From Candidatus Parcubacteria bacterium (GTDB taxonomy: Bacteria; Patescibacteriota; Minisyncoccia; Phycocordibacterales; CAIZLB01), in contig JAYUPL010000007.1 in assembly GCA_043760135.1 (NCBI GenBank), positions 64,106-128,105 of the forward strand: DNA of 64,000 nt, in the 5' to 3' direction. A program made the position numbers and the translations under genes. This document shows, one piece after another, positions 38,224 to 47,712 of the stretch. The notes beneath the pieces were generated by a model. That model was not told the DNA's origin and made no database searches. It saw only the letters and a program-made list of their open reading frames with translations. Every line of letters begins with the position of its first letter. Within the stretch, counting starts at the first letter, position 1.

Positions 38224-38266
38224 AAAAGTACGTAAGATGTAAAAATCCTACGTACTTTTGTTTTAC
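38224..38266 (+). terminator. Rho-independent terminator (AAAAGTACGTA...TACGTACTTTT followed by GTTTT)
   Basis: 8-11 bp stem plus T-run. Confidence 0.6.
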
Positions 38267-38302
38267 TTACTGTTTTTAACGTTTTGTGATATAAATATAC
38301 AC

Positions 38303-40579
38303 ATGTCATTTTTAAATTTATTAGGTTCTCCTATAAAAAAATATCAAAAAAAGGTTGCTATTATTAACGATTTAGAGGCTTCTGTTTCTGCCTTGACTTC
38401 CACAGAATTAAAAGAAAAATCATTAACCTTAAAATCTGTTTTAATCGGCGCTGATAAAACAAAACTGGATGAGAATCTTCCTGAGGCTTTTGCACTCGTT
38501 CGTGAGTCAGCAAAAAGAACTCTAAATCAGCGTCACTATGATGTACAACTTATTGGTGGAATGATCTTACACGATAACAATGTTGCAGAAATGAAAACCG
38601 GTGAAGGAAAAACACAGATGGCAACATTACCAACCTATCTGAATGCACTTGTTGGGAAAGGTGTGCACGTAGTAACGGTGAACGATTATCTTTCAGGGCG
38701 TGATGCGGTATGGATGGGGCAAATATATTATGCACTTGGTTTATCAACTGCTGTAATCATGCAAGACAAATCTTTTATCTATGATCCAACACATACAACA
38801 AAGGAAGACGATAAAGGTGTGGATGAGACAGGTTCATTCAAAGTTGAATATGAATTCTTGAGACCAGTCACACGAAAAGAAGCATACGAGGCTGATATTA
38901 CATATGGAACAAATTCAGTGTTTGGTTTTGACTATCTGTTTGACAACATTGCTAACTCAAAAGAAGAATTAAGACAACGAGGACATTATTTTGCAATTAT
39001 CGATGAGGCTGACTCTATTCTTATAGATGAATCACGAAGTCCTTTGATTGTATCTCAACCAGCTGAAGAGTCGGATGATGTCTACAAGACATTCGCAGCC
39101 ATTGTTCGTGATTTTAAAAGAGATGAGCATTATATATATGATGAGAAGTTTAAATCAATTCAAGTTACAGATGCAGGTATTGATTTGGCTGAGAAAAAAC
39201 TAAATATAACTGATTTATATAATAATGAAAATATTAAACTTGTTCACCATCTAGAGACAGCTATTAAAGCCAAAGCGGTTTATCATAAAGAGGTTGATTA
39301 TCTTATTAAAGAAGGGGAGGTTCTTATTGTTGATACTTCAACAGGAAGAGTTCAGCCAGGTAGACGTTGGTCAGATGGTATTCATCAAGCTATTGAGGCT
39401 AAAGAAGGGGTTAAGATTCAAAGAGAAAGTAAGACTGCTGCGTCTATTACATATCAAAACTTGTTTAGATTGTATGAAAGACTTTCAGGTATGACAGGAA
39501 CAGGTATGACTTCTCGCGAAGAGTTTATTAAAGTATACGGTTTGGATGTGGTTGCTGTACCAACTCATAAACCAGTTACTCGTGTTGATAAAGATGATCT
39601 TATTTTCATGACCGAACTTGGAAAATTTAAAGCCATCGCAAAAAAGATAAAAGAGTTAAATCAAAAAGGACAACCTGTGCTTGTTGGTACAATTTCTATT
39701 GAGAAAAATGAATTATTGTCACAATATTTAAAAATTGCTGGCGTTAAGCATAATCTATTGAATGCTAAACCTGAACTTGCAGAACGTGAAGGAGAGACTA
39801 TTGCACAAGCAGGAAAAAAGGGTGCGGTAACTATTGCAACTAACATGGCGGGTCGTGGAGTTGATATTAAACTTGGAGGTATTCCTTGTACACCAGAAGA
39901 AAATCAAGAAATAAAAGATCTTGGTGGTTTATATGTGATTGGAACAGAGAGACATGATTCACGACGTGTTGATAATCAGCTACGTGGCCGCTCAGGACGT
40001 CAAGGAGACGCCGGTGAGACGCAGTTCTATGTATCACTTGAAGATGAACTTATGCGTGTGTTTGCAAACAATGCAATCAAAGGTTTGATGGCTCGTATGC
40101 AATTACCAGAAGATGAGGCGATACAACACAAACTTGTTTCAAGATCATTAGAGTCTGCACAAAAGAAAATCGAAGGCTTTCATTTTGATTCAAGAAAAAG
40201 AGTGTTGGAGTTTGATGATGTATTAAATCAACAAAGACAAAACATTTATTCTAGAAGAAGAGCTATCTTGCTTGCTGAGGGTGAGGAGTTAAAAAACTTG
40301 GTTGATGATATGTTGGTAAACCTTGAAATTCCTGAACATAAAAAGACAGATGATTTCTATAAAATCTGCAAACAAGTCTTGCTTCAAATCAATGATTATT
40401 ACTGGATGAATCACCTTGATAATATGGGTCATCTACAAACTTCCGTAAACTTCAGAGCGATCGGACAACATGATCCAATCGTAGAGTATAAGAGGGAAGG
40501 GTTAATTGCCTTTAAACAGCTTAACGAAAAGATAAAGTCTGATTTTGTTGGTAATGCTTCAAGGTTGGCATCTTCATAG
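38303..40579 (+). CDS. secA: Preprotein translocase ATPase SecA (short form without C-terminal zinc-binding tail)
   Basis: LIGGMILHDNNVAEMKTGEGKTQMATLP...; DEAD-like motifs; start set at MSFLNLL. Confidence 0.9.
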   Translation: MSFLNLLGSPIKKYQKKVAIINDLEASVSALTSTELKEKSLTLKSVLIGADKTKLDENLPEAFALVRESAKRTLNQRHYDVQLIGGMILHDNNVAEMKTGEGKTQMATLPTYLNALVGKGVHVVTVNDYLSGRDAVWMGQIYYALGLSTAVIMQDKSFIYDPTHTTKEDDKGVDETGSFKVEYEFLRPVTRKEAYEADITYGTNSVFGFDYLFDNIANSKEELRQRGHYFAIIDEADSILIDESRSPLIVSQPAEESDDVYKTFAAIVRDFKRDEHYIYDEKFKSIQVTDAGIDLAEKKLNITDLYNNENIKLVHHLETAIKAKAVYHKEVDYLIKEGEVLIVDTSTGRVQPGRRWSDGIHQAIEAKEGVKIQRESKTAASITYQNLFRLYERLSGMTGTGMTSREEFIKVYGLDVVAVPTHKPVTRVDKDDLIFMTELGKFKAIAKKIKELNQKGQPVLVGTISIEKNELLSQYLKIAGVKHNLLNAKPELAEREGETIAQAGKKGAVTIATNMAGRGVDIKLGGIPCTPEENQEIKDLGGLYVIGTERHDSRRVDNQLRGRSGRQGDAGETQFYVSLEDELMRVFANNAIKGLMARMQLPEDEAIQHKLVSRSLESAQKKIEGFHFDSRKRVLEFDDVLNQQRQNIYSRRRAILLAEGEELKNLVDDMLVNLEIPEHKKTDDFYKICKQVLLQINDYYWMNHLDNMGHLQTSVNFRAIGQHDPIVEYKREGLIAFKQLNEKIKSDFVGNASRLASS

Positions 40580-40592
40580 CAAACTTATTTAC

Positions 40593-40688
40593 GGAATGAC
40601 ACTTTGCCCTAGGCAAAGCGCTTCGCAGACCCGCCTACCCTGAGGGTAGGTGTTCCTAGAAAATGGGTCGAGGACTGAAACGGAATGG
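40593..40688 (-). repeat. Intergenic structured repeat, copy B (contains the perfect hairpin CCTACCC-tga-GGGTAGG absent from copy A)
   Basis: Reverse complement matches 21996..22073; bracketed by the inverted 11-mers CAAACTTATTT / AAATAAGTTTG. Confidence 0.7.
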
Positions 40689-40739
40689 AGCAAATAAGTT
40701 TGATTGATAAATCAATAGAATTTTGGTACTATACTAAAC

Positions 40740-40982
40740 ATGAATGAAGAGTATAAGGCGATTTCAGATCGTCTAGACAATATAGAAGAAGACCTTAGAC
40801 AATCTAATCAAGTGCTACACCGCATTGAAAGAAGATCTCGTTGGGCTTTACTTTTTTCATCTCTAAAATGGTTTATTATTATAGGACTCTCTTTGGGAAC
40901 GTTCTACTATACAAAACCATACTTGGAGCAGTTGATGGAAACATACAGTCAACTTTCAAATATTGGATCATTCATGAGATAG
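40740..40982 (+). CDS. Small membrane protein (hypothetical)
   Basis: Coiled-coil N-terminus plus one TM. Confidence 0.35.
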   Translation: MNEEYKAISDRLDNIEEDLRQSNQVLHRIERRSRWALLFSSLKWFIIIGLSLGTFYYTKPYLEQLMETYSQLSNIGSFMR

Positions 40983-40990
40983 TATAAAAC

Positions 40991-41066
40991 GCCAAGGTAG
41001 CTCAGTTGGTAGAGCATATCCCTGAAGAGGATGGGGTCGCCGGTTCGAGCCCGGCCCTTGGCACCA
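40991..41066 (+). tRNA. tRNA-Phe(GAA), CCA encoded
   Basis: GCCAAGGTAGCTCAGTTGGTAGAGC...anticodon loop CTGAAGA...GGTTCGAGCCCGG...CTTGGCACCA. Confidence 0.9.
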
Positions 41067-41071
41067 AAAAT

Positions 41072-41113
41072 AAAAATTCAGCAAAATTTAACAATTGCTG
41101 AATTTTTATTTTT
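41072..41113. terminator. Bidirectional rho-independent terminator (AAAAATTCAGCAA...TTGCTGAATTTTT)
   Basis: Perfect 10-bp stem flanked by A- and T-runs. Confidence 0.7.
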
Positions 41114-41290
41114 GGTGTAGGGAAGAAATCTGAAAGATTTTTAGGGCGAGAAAAGCTTTGTGATGTTTTCGAAAACTCGTAGAGTTTAAGAAAACCACAA
41201 AGGTCTACTGGTCCTGTAACCTCAAGGGTCATAATATAAGGACCGAGATCCCGGCCTGTAAAACAAAAAAATTTATGCTAAAATTACTAC

Positions 41291-41659
41291 ATGAAATCAC
41301 AAAAAGCATCAATCATAATCTTATCTTTCTTTGCGGCACTGTACTTAATTTTAGGTGCAGTGCTCATCTTTGGCTCAGAATATGTTATCCCAGGTATTAT
41401 TTATGTAGTAGCAGGTCTTGTTTCTGTATTATCAATCACAGCCATTAAGAAACAAAACAAAGTATTATTATGGATCGGAATAATATTGGGGGCTATTCAA
41501 ATTCTGGATGGATTATCAGCAATTGTAAACATGTTTGCGTATGGGGATACAAATATTATATCTACAATGCTTCATGTGATTATATCAATACTATTTTTCT
41601 TCCCAGTCAGATTGATGTATAAAATGACAAAGTACAAAAAACTACCTAAGAGTCTGTAG
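41291..41659 (+). CDS. Small 4-TM membrane protein (hypothetical)
   Basis: Four hydrophobic helices; TGCTAAAAT extended -10 upstream. Confidence 0.45.
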   Translation: MKSQKASIIILSFFAALYLILGAVLIFGSEYVIPGIIYVVAGLVSVLSITAIKKQNKVLLWIGIILGAIQILDGLSAIVNMFAYGDTNIISTMLHVIISILFFFPVRLMYKMTKYKKLPKSL

Positions 41660-41684
41660 GCTGTCTCTGCTGAACCTGAAAAGT

Positions 41685-41722
41685 AAAATAACTTATACTT
41701 TTTCGTATAAGTTATTTTCTTT
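41685..41722. terminator. Bidirectional terminator (AAAATAACTTATAC-tttttc-GTATAAGTTATTTT)
   Basis: 14-bp stem between convergent genes. Confidence 0.65.
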
Positions 41723-41730
41723 GAGGGTTC

Positions 41731-42255
41731 CTACATATTCTTCACCTTCAAACTGGCCTTTCTCTCTCTGTCGATTCTCGGAAGTCTCAATGTGAGCATT
41801 CCTTGTGATTCTGTAGCTTCAGCTCTATCAATATCAACTTCATGTGGTAGTTTTACTGTTCTTGAAAATGCTCCCCAATACAGTTCTCTATAATGATAGT
41901 CATCTTCAGCAATAGTTTTCTCATCTTTTCTCTCACCTCTAATGGTTAACATATCTCTTGATAGAGAAATATCAATATCTTCTTTTCGCACTCCTGGAAT
42001 CATAGTTTTAACTATAACCTCAACAGCCGTCTCAAAAAGATCTATGCCAAGTTGTCCTTCAATTGCAATTGGAATGTCCATATCATCCTCATTGTCATCT
42101 GTATCGTCATCTCTATCATCCTCGTCGATGTCTCTTGTGTTTAGACTATTAAAAGATTTTCGGTTTACTTGGCTCATTTTTTCTATAGCCTCATCATCAT
42201 CTTCTTTAAAGCTACCAGTCAATCTTTGTAAAAATGATTTGCGTGTATTGTTCAT
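41731..42255 (-). CDS. Hsp20/alpha-crystallin small heat-shock protein with acidic N-terminal extension
   Basis: DLFETAVEVIVKTMIPGVRKEDIDISL..DMLTIRGERK...G.F.R...LP..VD...A....GMLTLRLPR. Confidence 0.8.
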   Translation of the reverse strand: MNNTRKSFLQRLTGSFKEDDDEAIEKMSQVNRKSFNSLNTRDIDEDDRDDDTDDNEDDMDIPIAIEGQLGIDLFETAVEVIVKTMIPGVRKEDIDISLSRDMLTIRGERKDEKTIAEDDYHYRELYWGAFSRTVKLPHEVDIDRAEATESQGMLTLRLPRIDRERKASLKVKNM

Positions 42256-42308
42256 ATATCTATTTTAAATGTTTAGAGGCCGATGTGCAAGTGCTTTGGC
42301 TTCTTTAG

Positions 42309-42330
42309 ACTTTCTTTATTAGAACTTCAT
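42309..42330 (+). promoter_or_regulatory. Conserved upstream element ACTTTCTTTATTAGAACTTCAT (copy 3 of 5), upstream of the DUF3800 gene
   Basis: Same core as the other four copies. Confidence 0.4.
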
Positions 42331-42353
42331 CTCACTATTGTTATTATTTTTTG

Positions 42354-42911
42354 ATGACCAAAATCATATACATCGATGAATCAGGAATAAGCTCTAAGAT
42401 GGGGCATAGTGTACACGTGTCTTTATATATTGAGTTTAACAACCGTTTAGATTTATCAAACGAAATTACAAAGATAGAAAAACAACTTAAAATATCATAT
42501 ACACAATGGACCGAAATGCCCTGGAAGTTAAGATTAAAATTTGCTGAAAAGATAAAAGACTTAGACTTTGAGGTAAAAGCACTTGTTTACAGTAATCCTA
42601 TTTTACCGGAAGCAGGTTTAAGGATATCGTTGTTTGAGTTTGCTAAAGATAGTGGTATAGCAAGTATTTTTATTGATGGAAAAAAGAATAAGGGTTATGA
42701 GAAAGAATTAAAGGCCTTATTACGAAATAGGGGGATAAAAGTGTATGATCTAAGAATAATTGATGATAAAAAGGAGTCGTTAATACGAATTGCAGACTTT
42801 ATGGCTGGATTAATAAGGTCTTATACAGATTTTTCAAATAAGTACAGTATATTCATCTTTAATCTGTTAAAAGACAAAATTGAAATAGATAAAGCAAAAA
42901 TGCCCGATTAA
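42354..42911 (+). CDS. DUF3800-family protein
   Basis: IYIDESG N-terminal motif...LIRIADFMAG; the track ORF starts at 42351 (TTG), ATG at 42354. Confidence 0.5.
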   Translation: MTKIIYIDESGISSKMGHSVHVSLYIEFNNRLDLSNEITKIEKQLKISYTQWTEMPWKLRLKFAEKIKDLDFEVKALVYSNPILPEAGLRISLFEFAKDSGIASIFIDGKKNKGYEKELKALLRNRGIKVYDLRIIDDKKESLIRIADFMAGLIRSYTDFSNKYSIFIFNLLKDKIEIDKAKMPD

Positions 42912-43042
42912 GGGCATTTTCACTCCATGCGACAGGGCGCCGGCGCAGAGGATAAGGACTTTTACATCCACGGTCTAACGGACCTTTTTCGCCTCCTGCC
43001 TGTTACTCTTACTATTTTATCAAATCTGTAAAACCTGTCAAG

Positions 43043-43813
43043 CTAGATCCTACATTTTATTTGTTTAAGATTTTCAAGGCTTAAAATTATAAAAATAATT
43101 ACAATCCAAGTTGCTAAAAATACGAATATTATTGAATTTACAGATGTCAGTAAGAATATATTAAAGAACCAGTGAGCTAAAGTTGCTACGAGTAACCCCA
43201 GCCAGATATATATTTCACGAACAAGTGGTCGTTTACAAAATGAATAGCCGATACACAGTGCTAATAATCCACTTGAGGCAACGTGCAATAGATTTGCTCC
43301 AATAAATCTAATGTTAGAATTTATTATTAAATCTATTGTCTGTCCTGCCAATAGAGGGTTTATCAAATAAAATATGTTTTCCATAGCTGCAAATCCAATA
43401 GCTGCTGTCATTAGGTATAAAAAGGCATCTATTGGCTCATTAAAGAGCTTTGTTCTAAAGAAAATAACATAGGCACAAGCGAATTTTACAAATTCTTCAA
43501 TAATAACAAAGATTAAATTAACAGTTTTGTAGTTTGTAATATCTATTGTATACCAATTAAAATACCAATTAAACACGTGTTGAAAAAATAGGGAGACAAA
43601 AGCCCCCGCCATACCGAGTAGAAAAGTAATCAGGATGATTTTTCGAGGCTCCTTGTGTTTATTATCTTCATGCATCCAGAACCAGAGCCATATAAGAGAA
43701 GGAATAAGACCTCCAATAAGCGCGTAAAAGAAAACCGTTAAACTGCTGTGGAGTACAGATGCCATTTCATTATATAAGACCATGGAAGTTATTATACAGT
43801 ATCCAAAGACCAA
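43043..43813 (-). CDS. PrsW-family intramembrane protease
   Basis: IIEEFVKF (EExxK) and GFAAMENIFY (FxxxEN) motifs in a multi-TM protein; start may be the internal MASVL. Confidence 0.65.
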   Translation of the reverse strand: MVFGYCIITSMVLYNEMASVLHSSLTVFFYALIGGLIPSLIWLWFWMHEDNKHKEPRKIILITFLLGMAGAFVSLFFQHVFNWYFNWYTIDITNYKTVNLIFVIIEEFVKFACAYVIFFRTKLFNEPIDAFLYLMTAAIGFAAMENIFYLINPLLAGQTIDLIINSNIRFIGANLLHVASSGLLALCIGYSFCKRPLVREIYIWLGLLVATLAHWFFNIFLLTSVNSIIFVFLATWIVIIFIILSLENLKQIKCRI

Positions 43814-45027
43814 TCTCCATCAGGCTTAAGTTCTACAAACTCTTTATCTGTTGGGTATATAATTTGCACATATTCATTTTTCAACCCAATAATCGCAGCC
43901 AAAGCAATCATGACTGCATTGTCGGTCGCTAAAGATTTTTCAGGTTTAAGAAAATTAACAGAGTTTATTGTGCACCATGTTTGTATGTTTTCTTTTAAAA
44001 ACTCATTGGCTATAACACCACCTGCAACAATTAGGTTTTTATATTTTTGACGATGAACCTTGTGGGCAAAACTTAACTTGCTAATTAAAACCTCGGAAAC
44101 TGAATTTTCAAATTCATGACAGATAAGATCAATTGTTTCTTCAGGTAATTTTTCTATATTTTCTTTTTTCTTTAAATCACGCACCATATACAGTACAGCT
44201 GTTTTGAGTCCAGAAAAAGATAAATCTAAATCCTTACTGTGGATCATAGGGCGAGGAAGTTTGATGTTGTGTATCCTTTTGAGTGCTTGTATATGGCTTT
44301 CATTGTATAAATCTCTCAATTTTTGAGCTTTTCCTGCTACCAGTGGTCCACCCGGGTACGAAAGATCAAGTATTCGGGCTACCTTGTCGTACGCTTCACC
44401 AACAGCATCGTCGCGAGTTTTGCCAATGATACTGTATTTTCCCCAATTTTCCACATCAACCAACTCGGTATGTCCGCCTGAGATAAGGAGAGCAAGGGTT
44501 GGAAATTCTATGTGACCTGAGTCTATTAAGATAGAAGAAATGTGTCCTTCCATGTGGTTTATTGGAAGCATAGGCTTTTGCCATAGTTGGGATAAAAACT
44601 TTACAAAACTCAAACCGACCCAAAGGGCTGGTTCAAGCCCAGGACCTCTTGTTACTGCAATATAATCTATATTTGGAATTTTATGCAGTGGGGAATTCGT
44701 ATTTTCTAGCTCGATTCTTAATTTTTCCGTTAGTTCTTTTTCACGATTTATTAAGTCAAAGTCTATATTTTCTTTATTAATATTTGATTCGTCACCCTGT
44801 ATAATTTTATCTAGACAAGATGTCAAGAGTTCTGTCAAGTTATTACCGTGCTCACGTTTGGCTAGCATAGGGAACACACCACCAAATTCTTTGTGGATTT
44901 CTATTTGACTATTAAGAGAATCAGCTAAAACAGTATATTTATTTGTATCTTTGTTGTATTCAACGATAGAAATACCTGTCTCGTCACAGCTTGTTTCTAT
45001 GCTTAGGATTCTAGTTGTACTATTCAT
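43792..45027 (-). CDS. tsaD: tRNA N6-adenosine threonylcarbamoyltransferase TsaD (Kae1/Gcp)
   Basis: ILSIETSCDETGISIV...HMEGH...ISGGHTEL. Confidence 0.9.
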   Translation of the reverse strand: MNSTTRILSIETSCDETGISIVEYNKDTNKYTVLADSLNSQIEIHKEFGGVFPMLAKREHGNNLTELLTSCLDKIIQGDESNINKENIDFDLINREKELTEKLRIELENTNSPLHKIPNIDYIAVTRGPGLEPALWVGLSFVKFLSQLWQKPMLPINHMEGHISSILIDSGHIEFPTLALLISGGHTELVDVENWGKYSIIGKTRDDAVGEAYDKVARILDLSYPGGPLVAGKAQKLRDLYNESHIQALKRIHNIKLPRPMIHSKDLDLSFSGLKTAVLYMVRDLKKKENIEKLPEETIDLICHEFENSVSEVLISKLSFAHKVHRQKYKNLIVAGGVIANEFLKENIQTWCTINSVNFLKPEKSLATDNAVMIALAAIIGLKNEYVQIIYPTDKEFVELKPDGDWSLDTV

Positions 45028-45095
45028 ATTATGTAACGCTATAATCTCATATTATTATGGAAAGATAAAGCCGAATATGTTACAATTCTCCTCAT

Positions 45096-47585
45096 ATGCC
45101 AAAGTCGCGAATAAACCAAAATGACAACGAAAATACAGAGGAAGTTGAAATTATACCCCATCAGAACGTGATCCAGAGAAATATAGTAGACGAAATGGAG
45201 GAGTCATATATCGATTATGCCATGAGTGTTATTACCGACCGTGCTCTACCCGATATTCGCGACGGTCTAAAACCTGTACAAAGACGTATTTTGTTTGCTA
45301 TGAGTAGGTTAGGTCTTTTACCAACTGCTAAATTTCAAAAGTCAGCCAAAGTGGTCGGAGAAACTATGGGTAACTACCACCCTCACGGTGATGCTGCCAT
45401 CTATCAAACTATGGTGAATATGGTGCAAGATTTTAACATGAGATATCCTTTGATCTGGGGACAAGGAAACTTTGGTAACGTTGATGGATATCCTGCAGCG
45501 GCTTCTCGTTATACTGAAAGTAAATTAAATAAAATCACTCTAAACATTTTAGCCGATCTTGATAAAGACACAGTGGATTTTCGTCCAAACTATGACGGAA
45601 CAAGAAAAGAACCTTCTGTATTACCAACACAGATTCCAAACTTCCTATTAAATGGTACTTTAGGTATTGCTGTGGGTATGGCCACAAACATTCCTCCTCA
45701 CAACCTAAATGAAGTGATGGATGCAGTGAACCATCTTGTTGATAATCCTGACGCAACCGTTCTTGATTTGATGCAATTTATCAAAGGACCAGATTTTCCT
45801 ACAGGCGCCATTGCATTTAACCAAAAAGATATAGAACATGCATGTACCCATGGTCGTGGTGGTGTTGTTGTGCGTGGTGAAGCTGAAATAGTTGAGGAAA
45901 AAGCTGGACAATCAAAGATTGTGATCAACTCTATTCCTTATAGAGTAAATAAATCATCGCTTATAGAGGCTATAGCCGACCTTGTGCGTGATAAAAAGCT
46001 TGAGGGTATCAAAGATATCAGAGATGAGTCTACAAGTGATATACGTATCGTTATAGAGCTTAAGAACGGAATGTACCCACAAAACATCCTAAACTATTTG
46101 TATAAACATACTCAATTGGAATCAACATTTCACTATAACTTAGTTGCATTAGTTGATGGTGTGCCTCAAACTTTGTCTATTAAGTCAGCTCTTGAAAATT
46201 TTGTTGGACATAGAAAAACAGTTATCAGACGTAGAACTGAGTTTGATCTTAGAAAAGCTGAAGATCGCGAGCATATCTTGCTTGGATTGAAAAAAGCTCT
46301 GGACCATATCGATGAAATCATTGCTATTATCAAGAAAAGTAAAGATACACCAGCTGCTCATATTGCCTTGATGAAAGAGTTTAAGTTCTCTGATCGTCAA
46401 ACTACAGCTATTTTGGAAATGAAACTGGCTCGTCTTGCGTCTCTCGAAAGAAAGAAAATTGAAGATGAATTAAAAGCACTGCAAGAAATTATCAAAGACT
46501 TGAAAGATATTCTAAAGAATACTTCAAGAATCTTGACTATTATTAAAGATGAATCAAATGCGATCAAAGAAAAATTTGGTGATGAAAGACGAACTCGTAT
46601 TGTAAAAGGTGGTGTAGCCAACGTTGGTGTAGAAGATGTGATTCCAGATCAAGAGTCTGTGCTTGTATTAACTGCCGGCGGATACATCAAACGTACAAAT
46701 CCAGATGAATACAAAAAACAACGAAGAGGAGGTGTGGGTGTTGTTGATGTTGATGTAAAGGAGGAGGATTTCATAACTCATCTTGTATCAGCTACGATGC
46801 ATAACGAGCTATTATTCTTCACTGATAAAGGTAAAGCATATCAAATCAAAATGTATGATATTCCAGAAGGAAAACGTGCAACTCGTGGTAAATCAATCAT
46901 GAACTTCTTATCTCTAGCACAAGATGAAAAAGTTACATCAATTCTTCCAATGCCAAAAGAAGTTAAAAAAGTTGATGATATATCTTTGATGTTGATCACT
47001 AAACTTGGTACAGGAAAGCGTGTAAACTTGTCTTCTTTCCGTGATGTAAGACGAAGTGGGATTATTGCTATCTCACTTGATGACAGTGATAGTTTGATTT
47101 CAGCTTCTTTTGTAAATGAAAAAGATTCTATGATTTTAGTTGCAACTGATGCACAATCAATCAGATTCTCTATCAATGAAATACGTGAAATGGGTAGATC
47201 GGCCGGTGGTGTTCGTGCAATGAAGCTCGATAAAAATGTTTCTATTATTGGTGCTATTCCGGTTAAATTTGGTTCTAAAGATGATGCTGAACTCTTAACC
47301 GTTTCTGCAAATGGATATGGTAAAAAAACCTCACTTTCAGAATACAAGATCCAAGGACGTGGTGGATCAGGAATAAAAACTTTTAAAGTTACAAGTAAAA
47401 CCGGAGACCTTATTGCTTCACAAGTTGTAACTCCAGAGCTCGATGAGATTGTTGCAATCAGTAAAAAGAGTCAGGTGATTAGATGTGAATTGAAAGAGAT
47501 TCCAAATCTTGGACGCGATACACAAGGCGTAAGAGTTATGAAATTACGTGAAGGGGATAGTCTCGCATCAGTTATAGGGGTATAA
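45096..47585 (+). CDS. gyrA: DNA gyrase subunit A
   Basis: [21 protein letters not shown]...[13 protein letters not shown]...; C-terminal beta-pinwheel repeats. Confidence 0.9.
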   Translation: MPKSRINQNDNENTEEVEIIPHQNVIQRNIVDEMEESYIDYAMSVITDRALPDIRDGLKPVQRRILFAMSRLGLLPTAKFQKSAKVVGETMGNYHPHGDAAIYQTMVNMVQDFNMRYPLIWGQGNFGNVDGYPAAASRYTESKLNKITLNILADLDKDTVDFRPNYDGTRKEPSVLPTQIPNFLLNGTLGIAVGMATNIPPHNLNEVMDAVNHLVDNPDATVLDLMQFIKGPDFPTGAIAFNQKDIEHACTHGRGGVVVRGEAEIVEEKAGQSKIVINSIPYRVNKSSLIEAIADLVRDKKLEGIKDIRDESTSDIRIVIELKNGMYPQNILNYLYKHTQLESTFHYNLVALVDGVPQTLSIKSALENFVGHRKTVIRRRTEFDLRKAEDREHILLGLKKALDHIDEIIAIIKKSKDTPAAHIALMKEFKFSDRQTTAILEMKLARLASLERKKIEDELKALQEIIKDLKDILKNTSRILTIIKDESNAIKEKFGDERRTRIVKGGVANVGVEDVIPDQESVLVLTAGGYIKRTNPDEYKKQRRGGVGVVDVDVKEEDFITHLVSATMHNELLFFTDKGKAYQIKMYDIPEGKRATRGKSIMNFLSLAQDEKVTSILPMPKEVKKVDDISLMLITKLGTGKRVNLSSFRDVRRSGIIAISLDDSDSLISASFVNEKDSMILVATDAQSIRFSINEIREMGRSAGGVRAMKLDKNVSIIGAIPVKFGSKDDAELLTVSANGYGKKTSLSEYKIQGRGGSGIKTFKVTSKTGDLIASQVVTPELDEIVAISKKSQVIRCELKEIPNLGRDTQGVRVMKLREGDSLASVIGV

Positions 47586-47690
47586 TATTAATACCTCTAC
47601 GCAGAGCTCCGAGGTATTAATATTGTTAACTCCTCGGTTCGGAAATACATATGGTACATATGTATTTCGCTCACTCTACGTCGTTAATAA
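47586..47690 (+). repeat. Structured repeat X: hairpin 1 (TATTAATACCTC...GAGGTATTAATA), GTTAACTCCTCGGTTCGG, hairpin 2 (GAAATACATATG-gta-CATATGTATTTC), CGCTCACTCTACGTCGTTAATAA
   Basis: Same architecture and arm sequences as reverse-complemented 50961..51073; the hairpin sequences differ but the pairing is preserved. Confidence 0.7.
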
Positions 47691-47712
47691 ATAATAAACA
47701 AAACAAAATAAA

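Noticed and set aside
41002-41232. 76-aa minus-strand ORF
   Set aside because: Overlaps tRNA-Phe and its terminator.
42925-42995. GC-rich island considered as SRP RNA/tmRNA/RNase P fragment
   Set aside because: None of the conserved motifs (e.g. AGGUCCGGAAGGAAGCAGC of 4.5S domain IV; tRNA-like end of tmRNA) are present.
45535-47347. Several minus-strand ORFs within gyrA
   Set aside because: Antisense to a highly conserved gene.
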